A DNA stretch of 32,000 nt from an uncultured Chloroflexia bacterium (lineage in GTDB: Bacteria > Chloroflexota > Ktedonobacteria > Ktedonobacterales > JADMIN01), in the NCBI GenBank assembly GCA_963718915.1, contig CAVRAI010000014.1, forward strand, positions 60,001-92,000. Reading direction: 5' to 3'. The position numbers were made by a program, and so were the translations under genes. Of the stretch, positions 25,766-32,000 are shown piece by piece. How positions within the stretch are numbered: position 1 is the first letter of the stretch; each line of letters begins with the position of its first letter. The notes below the pieces were generated by a model. It saw nothing but the letters and a program-made list of their open reading frames with translations, was not told the origin of the DNA and ran no database searches.

Positions 25766-26994
25766 CAGCGGTCAACCTCCCCCAGCACGATGTCGATGCT
25801 GCCGATAGCCGCCACCACGTCCGAGATGAGATAGCCCTCGATCATCAGTGGCAGCGCCTGAAGATTGGCGAACGATGGCGCGCGCACGTGCATGCGATAC
25901 GGTTTCGCGCTGCCATCGCTGACCATATAGAAGCCAAGCTCGCCCTTGGGCGACTCGGTGCGCACGTAGACCTCGCCAGCGGGCGGGCGATAGCCCTCGG
26001 TGTAGAGCTTGAAGTGATGGATCAGCGCCTCCATATTCGAGGAGACCTCGTACTTTTGCGGCGCGACGATCTTGGGATCATCCACCTGCCAGCGGCCTTC
26101 GGGCATCCCATCCATCGCCTGCTGGACGATCTTCAGGCTCTCGCGCATCTCCAGCATGCGGACGAGATAGCGGTCATAGACATCGCCGTTCTCGCCGACC
26201 GGCACGTCGAAGGCGAACCGCTCGTAGCCGCAATAGGGGAAAACTTTGCGCACATCATAGGCGACGCCGCTGCCACGCAACGTTGGGCCGCTGCACCCCA
26301 ACGCAATCGCCCTATCGGCTGGCAGCAGGCAGATGCCGCGCGTGCGGTCGATCCAGAGGCGGTTGTTGGTGAGCAGGTCGTGATATTCGCGCAGCCGCTT
26401 CGGAAAAATCTTGATGAAGTCGCGCACCAGGCGCTCGAAATTGGGTGGCAGGTCGGCCTGGAGTCCGCCGGGCATGATGTAGCTGGTCATCATGCGCACG
26501 CCAGAGCATGCCTCGAAGATGTCGAGAATCAGTTCGCGCTCGCGGAAGCAATAGAGGAAGACACTCTGCGCGCCCAGGTCGAGCGCGCTGGAGCCGAGCC
26601 AGACAAGATGGCTGGCGATCCGCTGCAGCTCGGCCAGCGCCACCCGCGCGAACCGCGCCTTTTCCGGCACGTCAATGCCCAGCAGCTTTTCGACGGCGAG
26701 CGCGTAGCCAAGGTTGTTGCAGAGCGGCGCCAGATAGTCCATGCGGTCGGTCAGGACCAGTGATTTGAAGTAGCTTTTGTCCTCGGCGGTCTTCTCGATG
26801 CCAGTGTGCAGATAGCCGATATCTGGCCGCGCCTTGAGAATGGTCTCGCCGTCCAGTGTGAGCACGAGTCGTAGCACGCCATGCGTCGAAGGGTGCTGCG
26901 GGCCCATATTGATGGTCATCGTGTCGCGGCGCGTACTCTCGTCGAGTTGCTCGCTCTCGTCCACCTGAAGCATTCGTGGTTCCTCTAGCTGCAT
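25765..26994 (-). CDS. nuoD: NADH-quinone oxidoreductase subunit D
   Basis: INMGPQHPSTHGVLRL and the C-terminal DIVLGEVDR motif. Confidence 0.95.
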   Translation of the reverse strand: MQLEEPRMLQVDESEQLDESTRRDTMTINMGPQHPSTHGVLRLVLTLDGETILKARPDIGYLHTGIEKTAEDKSYFKSLVLTDRMDYLAPLCNNLGYALAVEKLLGIDVPEKARFARVALAELQRIASHLVWLGSSALDLGAQSVFLYCFRERELILDIFEACSGVRMMTSYIMPGGLQADLPPNFERLVRDFIKIFPKRLREYHDLLTNNRLWIDRTRGICLLPADRAIALGCSGPTLRGSGVAYDVRKVFPYCGYERFAFDVPVGENGDVYDRYLVRMLEMRESLKIVQQAMDGMPEGRWQVDDPKIVAPQKYEVSSNMEALIHHFKLYTEGYRPPAGEVYVRTESPKGELGFYMVSDGSAKPYRMHVRAPSFANLQALPLMIEGYLISDVVAAIGSIDIVLGEVDR

Positions 26995-27009
26995 GGTGTT
27001 CCTCGAATC

Positions 27010-27705
27010 TCAGCGAGCATCGTCGTTCGCGGGTGTATCTGGTAGCGCATCCTCTGACGTATCCGACGTCAGGTTGTCTGAGCGTGGCACGCCGGTGCGG
27101 TCGGTGGTGCGCAGGGTCTGTTCTCCCATGCCGACTGGCAGCGACTCGTCAAAGAGCACCTGGCCGCCCCAGTGCGGCTCCGGCAGATGAATGCCCGTCA
27201 GCGGGTAGTCCTTGCGTAATGGGTGGCCCACCCAGTCCTGCGGCATGAGAATGCGCGTCTGGTTGGGATGCCCGGCGAAGCGAATGCCGAACAGGTCGTA
27301 GATCTCGCGCTCGAACCAGTCCGCGCCCGGCCAGACCGCCGTGACGGTGGGTAGCTCCGGGTCGGGCGTATCTTCATCGCCGACCTGGGCCTTCAGCCGG
27401 ATGACGCCATAGGTCGCCAGCGAGAGCAGGTGGTAGACGATATCGTAGCGTGGGTCGTGCTCGAGCCAGTCGACGGCGGTGATATCAGCCAGATAGTTAT
27501 AGGCGAGTTGCTTCTCGTCGCGCAACGCCTGGCAGACCTCGGCGATGCTCTCCGGGCGGACGATGATGGTCATCTCGCCACGGTATTCGGTGGCGTCCAG
27601 TACGTCGTCGGGAAACCGATCGCGCAGGAAGGCGACGGTTGCCGCGGCCAGCGGATTCGACGGCGTCATCAGTTCCGGGGCGCCCATACGCTGTTCGTCA
27701 GCCAT
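27010..27705 (-). CDS. nuoC: NADH-quinone oxidoreductase subunit C with an acidic C-terminal tail
   Basis: 30-kDa subunit blocks (AVDWLEHDPRYDIVYHLLS, WFEREIYDLFGIRFAGHP). I prefer the ATG at 27705 (MADEQ...), which has gaggac upstream and lies 4 nt after the nuoB stop. Confidence 0.9.
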   Translation of the reverse strand: MADEQRMGAPELMTPSNPLAAATVAFLRDRFPDDVLDATEYRGEMTIIVRPESIAEVCQALRDEKQLAYNYLADITAVDWLEHDPRYDIVYHLLSLATYGVIRLKAQVGDEDTPDPELPTVTAVWPGADWFEREIYDLFGIRFAGHPNQTRILMPQDWVGHPLRKDYPLTGIHLPEPHWGGQVLFDESLPVGMGEQTLRTTDRTGVPRSDNLTSDTSEDALPDTPANDDAR

Positions 27706-27709
27706 TGTC

Positions 27710-28311
<602 letters not shown>

Positions 28312-28321
<10 letters not shown>

Positions 28322-28665
28322 CGGAAGGCCCCTTTGCGCCAGACGTAGAAGAATGGAATGATGAGGATGACCGCGAAGACGATCAGCTCGACCAGCCCCA
28401 GCACCTTGAGTTGGCGCATGAGGATAGCCAGCGGGATGATCGACGCGGCCTCGACATCGAAGATGATGAAGAGCATGCCGGTAGTGAGGTATTTGACCGG
28501 GAAACGCGAGCGCGGCGCCTCGACCTCCTGAATGCCAGACTCGTAGGGAGCCAGCTTTTCAGGGGTTGGGTTCTTGGGGCCGAGGATGAAGGTGACGAGA
28601 ATCACCAGAACCGCGAAGATAAACGCCAGTCCCATCAGGATGAGAACGGGCACGACTTCAGGCAT
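28312..28665 (-). CDS. nuoA: NADH-quinone oxidoreductase subunit A
   Basis: Three-TM protein with PYESG and FIIFDVE blocks. The ATG at 28665 is preceded by GGGAGG with a 7-nt spacer. The GTG at 28680 lies inside that RBS. Confidence 0.92.
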
Positions 28666-28743
28666 ACACGGGCCTCCCACCGTCTGACACGCGCTCGCTG
28701 CCGACGTGCCCGCAGCGAAAGGCTACCTGGCACGCCATAGGAT

Positions 28744-28772
28744 AATGTAACACGGGTCGGGAAGTGTGTCAA
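28744..28772 (-). promoter_or_regulatory. candidate sigma-70-type promoter of the nuo operon
   Basis: On the minus strand: TTGACA (28772-28767), a 17-nt spacer and TACATT (28749-28744), about 80 nt upstream of the nuoA ATG. Confidence 0.45.
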
Positions 28773-28886
28773 ACGTCGAATGGTGCACAAGACCGCTTAA
28801 ACAGCGGATTTGTAGCCCATCAGCAGGGAGACTTCCGCAGCGCCGAGTGGCCCAAATGGCCGCTTCGAGCGCGCCGCAAATCGCAC

Positions 28887-28916
28887 GATGACCATTGATG
28901 ACCATTGATGACCATT
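28887..28916. repeat. perfect 3 x 10 bp tandem repeat (gatgaccatt)
   Basis: Read directly as gatgaccatt gatgaccatt gatgaccatt. It abuts the stop codon (28916-28918) of the endonuclease gene and lies about 115 bp upstream of the candidate nuo promoter. Confidence 0.95.
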
Positions 28917-29494
28917 CAGGAGAGCATGCGAACTGGCTGAACACTCTCCTGCTCAGGATGCTGCTCGCGGCGCAAATAGGCCACGGCGCTGGTGAGGATG
29001 GCGATGTCTTCGCGCGCGCAGCCGATCATGGCGTTGCAGAGGTGGCACAGCAGCTCGCGCACCTGCCCCGTCTTGTGGTTGTGGTCAACGACGAGCTTCT
29101 CCTCAGACGTGCCGCAGATGGCGCACCGCCCATTTTGCCGCGCGTGCATGGCGTTGTAGTGAGCGATGGTCATACTATATTTGGCTTTCAAGTCCATGCT
29201 TCTGATGCGGTCGGGATATTTGGCGTCGCGCTCCTTGCGTTTCCGGAACTTGCATTGCTTGCACAGTGATTCCACCCCATAGAGACATATCTTATGCTTG
29301 TGAAACGCGGAGAGTGGCTTCCATTCCTCGCAAACCGTGCAGACTTTCCCCTGAGGTTTCTCATCCTCGGAGTGGTCGCGCGGATCGCCACTACAACAGG
29401 TTCTGCAGCGACCGCGTAATGCAATTCCATCTCTTTTGACTCGCCAGAACTCAGCCTCGTCTTTGAGTACCCCACACTGCGTGCAGCGCTTCAT
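28916..29494 (-). CDS. recombination endonuclease VII / HNH-type nuclease with two N-terminal Cys4 zinc-ribbon repeats
   Basis: C-terminal CAICGTSEEKLVVDHNHKTGQVRELLCHLCNAMIG matches the Endonuclease_7 family signature. The N-terminal repeats are CTQCG...F...RGRCRTCC and CTVCEEWKPLSAF...SLCKQCKF. GGGAGG RBS. Visibly lower G+C. Confidence 0.8.
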   Translation of the reverse strand: MKRCTQCGVLKDEAEFWRVKRDGIALRGRCRTCCSGDPRDHSEDEKPQGKVCTVCEEWKPLSAFHKHKICLYGVESLCKQCKFRKRKERDAKYPDRIRSMDLKAKYSMTIAHYNAMHARQNGRCAICGTSEEKLVVDHNHKTGQVRELLCHLCNAMIGCAREDIAILTSAVAYLRREQHPEQESVQPVRMLS

Positions 29495-29550
29495 CTACAA
29501 TACCTCCCAAGCAAATTCACCGTTTGCTAGAAGATATGTGGTGAAGACAG

Positions 29551-29587
29551 CAAAAAGCGGAAACACTGTCTAAAAAGTGTTTCCGCT
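29551..29587 (-). terminator. rho-independent terminator downstream of tRNA-Ala
   Basis: On the minus strand: agcggaaacact-ttttagac-agtgtttccgct, a 12-bp perfect stem followed by TTTTG. Confidence 0.8.
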
Positions 29588-29598
29588 CATGTACTTGG

Positions 29599-29673
29599 GG
29601 TGGAGATGATGGGACTCGAACCCACGACCCCCACGATGCGAACGTGGTGCTCTCCCAGCTGAGCTACATCCCC
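29599..29673 (-). tRNA. tRNA-Ala (anticodon CGC)
   Basis: Manual fold: GGGGATG TA GCTC AGCTGGGA GAGC A CCACG TTCGCAT CGTGG GGGTC GTGGG TTCGAGT CCCAT CATCTCC A. The G3:U70 pair is the Ala identity element. The 3' end is encoded as ACC then C, so the terminal CCA is not fully encoded. Confidence 0.92.
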
Positions 29674-29740
29674 AGGCGCAGAAAAGTATACCACGCGGGC
29701 AGCGGCAGCGCAAGAGCGTGAGCAGGCGGCGCTGTAGCGT

Positions 29741-30478
29741 CTACTCGACGTCCCATTCCGCGCACCACCAGTCCGCGTGTGGCATATCGTTCTCGTGTGC
29801 CGCCCGCAAGAGCGCCGCCGCATCGAAGGGGACGCGCCGCAGGTCAACGCTCAGAGTGGCGCCTGAGACCGTCAGAATCGCGTACTCGCCCCAGGGTGGG
29901 TTGCGCACATTGGCCCCCGGCGATGGCGTGCGGTCGTAGGCGAGGCCAACGCTGCCGGGATTCAGCACCAGAGCTGTTCCGAAGCGGCGCAGCATCTGGA
30001 TGTGCGTGTGGCCACCCGCGTAGATATGCGCGTCGCAGCCCGCGAAGAGTTGGGCCAAATCGTCATCGCTCGTCGTCGCGCGGATCGGGTCTTTGAACGA
30101 CTGTGGCGAGCCGTGGTAGCAGAGCAGCGTCGCGTCGCCATCGAGGGCAATGGAGACCGTTGGCTCGAATGCCGCGATAAATTCGCGGTCACCTGGCGAG
30201 AGCCGCGCCAGCGCCCAGGCGTCGATCTCCTGCAGGTTGCGGAATAGCTCGTCCGTCGCGGGCGGCTCAGGCGTCAGCAGGGTCGTGTCGGCGTCGCCCA
30301 TCACCACCGGGCAGCCGATCTCACGCAGACGGCTCACCACCTCCTCAGGCTGCGGCCCAAAGGCGGCCACGTCGCCCAGGCAGACGATACGATCTACCCC
30401 TTCACCCGTCATGTCGTCCAGTATCGCCTCGAAGGCGACGAGATTGCCGTGGATATCCGCGATGATGGCGATATGCAT
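29741..30478 (-). CDS. metallophosphoesterase (YfcE/MJ0936-type, Metallophos_2)
   Basis: MHIAIIADIHGN, CLGDVAAFGP, GGHTHIQ and LNPGSVG motifs. I prefer the ATG at 30478 over the upstream ORF extension to 30592. Confidence 0.85.
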   Translation of the reverse strand: MHIAIIADIHGNLVAFEAILDDMTGEGVDRIVCLGDVAAFGPQPEEVVSRLREIGCPVVMGDADTTLLTPEPPATDELFRNLQEIDAWALARLSPGDREFIAAFEPTVSIALDGDATLLCYHGSPQSFKDPIRATTSDDDLAQLFAGCDAHIYAGGHTHIQMLRRFGTALVLNPGSVGLAYDRTPSPGANVRNPPWGEYAILTVSGATLSVDLRRVPFDAAALLRAAHENDMPHADWWCAEWDVE

Positions 30479-30579
30479 CTCTCTTCTCCTGCCGCGTGGT
30501 AGACTCTCCCCAGCAATCATAAGCCATGAGCAACGACATGTCAGCATGATATGGAAGATATGAAGGAGGGGATAGGCGC

Positions 30580-31452
30580 ATGGCCCGGACATATGGCAAC
30601 CAGTCGATGGTGGCTCCGCTGAAGCGTGTGCTGGTGAAGCCGCCCAGTGAGAGCGCTGAAGATGTCAGGCGGTGGCAGGAGTTTGGCTATCACTTCCCGC
30701 CGGATGTGGACGAGACGCGCCGCCAGCACGATGGCCTAGTGAAACTTCTGCGTGATGCGGGCGCCGAGGTCGTTCTCGCCGAGGAGGCGCAGCCCGCCCT
30801 GCTCGACTCCATCTTCGTCACCGATCCCGGATTCGTCACCGACGCGGGCGCGATCATCGGCCACATGGGCAAGCAATTGCGCCGGGGCGAGGAGCCAGCG
30901 CTGGCCCGCGAGCTAGCCCGGCTGGGTATCCCCGTTCTTGGCGCGCTCGAAGGGGACGAGACACTCGAAGGCGGCGACGTCCTCTGGCTCGATCCTGAGA
31001 CGCTCGTCATCGGACGGAGCTATCGCACCAACGACGCGGGCTACCAGCGGGTGCGTGCGCTGCTGGCGGGCAGCGTGAAGAACATTCATCAGGTACAGAT
31101 GGCGCACTGGCACGGTCGTGGCGAGATACTCCACCTGCTCTCGGTCATCAGCCCAGTGGCCGAGAACCTGGCGCTGGTCTATCCTCCACTCGTTCCGGTT
31201 CCGCTCTACGAGTTGCTGGAGGCGCGCGGTATCCGCACAATAGAGGTTCCCGATAGCGAGTTCGTCACCCACGCGCCTAACGCGCTGGCGGTCGCGCCGG
31301 GCCACGTCATCACGATGCAAGGCAACCCCATCACCGCCGGACGCCTGCGCGACGCGGGCGTCACCGTCTGGGAGTACGAGGGGCGCGAGCTGACACTCAA
31401 CCGCGACGGCGGAGCCACCTGCATGACCTGCTGCCTGTTGCGGGACTATTGA
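30580..31452 (+). CDS. guanidino-group-modifying enzyme fold protein (DDAH / arginine deiminase / amidinotransferase family)
   Basis: LEGGDVLWLDPETLVIGRSYRTN, ILHLLSVISP and the C-terminal nucleophile region GGATCMTCCLLRD. GAAGGAGGGG RBS. Confidence 0.7.
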   Translation: MARTYGNQSMVAPLKRVLVKPPSESAEDVRRWQEFGYHFPPDVDETRRQHDGLVKLLRDAGAEVVLAEEAQPALLDSIFVTDPGFVTDAGAIIGHMGKQLRRGEEPALARELARLGIPVLGALEGDETLEGGDVLWLDPETLVIGRSYRTNDAGYQRVRALLAGSVKNIHQVQMAHWHGRGEILHLLSVISPVAENLALVYPPLVPVPLYELLEARGIRTIEVPDSEFVTHAPNALAVAPGHVITMQGNPITAGRLRDAGVTVWEYEGRELTLNRDGGATCMTCCLLRDY

Positions 31453-31500
31453 GGCGCGTTCTTGAGTGCAGTGGTCGCATAGCGCGTTGACCGTTTGCCT

Positions 31501-31587
31501 GCCGAGGCCTGATGACCCCGGTGTATGGCTCTGCCCAGCCCTGCGCATGTCAGTTCGCCGTAGCATTTACGCTACGGCCTGCTCGCC
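31501..31587. repeat. multi-hairpin dispersed repeat, copy E (diverged; the last hairpin is well conserved)
   Basis: The segment cagttcgccgtagc-atttac-gctacggcctgctcgcc aligns with copy A (cattcgccgtagcg-ttga-cgctacggcttgcccgcc). The upstream ccgaggcctgatgaccccgg resembles hairpin 1. Lies between convergent genes. Confidence 0.5.
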
Positions 31588-31595
31588 GTATTGCA

Positions 31596-32000
31596 TCAGT
31601 CGCTCGTCGTCTCATCCACTGGCGGTGCGGCTCGTCTGTGGGGCGCGTCGAGCAGCCAGAGTGTGGCGAAGGTTGGCCGCATCGTATCGTCCACCGTGTT
31701 CAAGACGCTCTCGGTCAGATGCTCGATATCCACCAGGCTGGGCAGCCGCGCCGCGAAAGCCTGGATCGTCCGCGCCGCGTCGTAGCTGCTCCGGTAAAAG
31801 CGCCGATTGATGCCGCGCTGGACCCGGCCCCGTAGCGGCTGGAAGAGCGTCGCGATGAACAGCGTCGAGAGCGTGATCGCCACCTCCGACCCCTGGGTGG
31901 ACTCGTGGGTGATACTGCTGAACAGCACTCCCAGCAACACCACCATCACGAAGTAGACGAGCGCCAGCAGAACGGTCAGCGAGCCGTAGATGAGCGTCCG
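31596..32000 (-). CDS. C-terminal part of a membrane protein (5' end outside window) with an RRFYR-type juxtamembrane segment
   Basis: The frame stays open to the window edge (RTLIYGSLTVLLALVYFVMVVLLGV...). TM helices are followed by LFQPLRGRVQRGINRRFYRSSYDAARTIQAFAARL, a segment I associate with sensor-type membrane proteins. Confidence 0.55.
   Translation of the reverse strand, partial: RTLIYGSLTVLLALVYFVMVVLLGVLFSSITHESTQGSEVAITLSTLFIATLFQPLRGRVQRGINRRFYRSSYDAARTIQAFAARLPSLVDIEHLTESVLNTVDDTMRPTFATLWLLDAPHRRAAPPVDETTSD

Noticed and set aside
28887-28916. Possible CRISPR-like array or microsatellite.
   Set aside because: There are only three contiguous 10-bp units and no spacers, so it is not a CRISPR array. 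It is kept as a tandem-repeat finding instead.
28690-29600. att-like direct repeat of the tRNA-Ala 3' end at the far side of the nuclease islet.
   Set aside because: Only a trivial gatga match between the tRNA 3' end and the 10-bp repeat unit was found, and no convincing duplicated att core.
29587-29847. 86-aa minus-strand ORF.
   Set aside because: It overlaps the tRNA-Ala gene and the 3' end of the metallophosphoesterase gene, and it has no coding-like features.
29741-30592. N-terminal 38-aa extension of the metallophosphoesterase ORF, which would overlap the divergent amidinotransferase-fold gene start.
   Set aside because: The family's metal-binding motif (MHIAIIADIHGN) begins at the internal ATG at 30478, and the extension has no coding character.

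Overview
High-G+C bacterial chromosomal window. The gene style and protein families look Chloroflexota-like, but that is inference only. The core, about 12.98-28.67 kb on the minus strand, is a complete 14-gene NADH:quinone oxidoreductase operon (nuoABCDEFGHIJKLMN) with many ATGA/TGATG start-stop overlaps. Five things depart from a textbook nuo locus. (1) nuoN is ATGA-coupled to a DprE2-like SDR, and a DprE1-like FAD oxidase lies downstream. (2) A dispersed multi-hairpin (REP/MITE-like) repeat sits inside the operon in two unusually long spacers, nuoH-nuoI and nuoL-nuoM. It recurs at least three more times in the window. (3) The nuoL-nuoM copy is bracketed by 29-bp direct repeats that duplicate the nuoL stop region. 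(4) nuoE needs a frame change to reach the stop codon that overlaps the nuoF start. (5) Upstream of nuoA lies a lower-G+C islet with tRNA-Ala(CGC), a strong terminator, an endonuclease-VII/HNH-type gene and a perfect 3 x 10 bp tandem repeat. The best candidate for an undescribed system is at the left end (0.4-6.25 kb, minus strand). It is a tightly coupled cluster encoding a zinc-ribbon, proline-rich disordered protein with 5-6 copies of a tryptophan motif and a MinD/FtsA-like C-terminal amphipathic tail. Following it are an orphan GlmL-like ASKHA (actin-fold) ATPase, an uncharacterised barrel/KOW-like protein, a GNAT acetyltransferase and a Trp-rich small protein. Other genes: a KGG-repeat stress protein, a divergent TetR / FAD-monooxygenase pair with clear palindromic operators, a YbaK-type deacylase, a metallophosphoesterase, a DDAH/amidinotransferase-fold enzyme and two partial edge genes. 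No CRISPR array, rRNA, transposase or integrase was seen.
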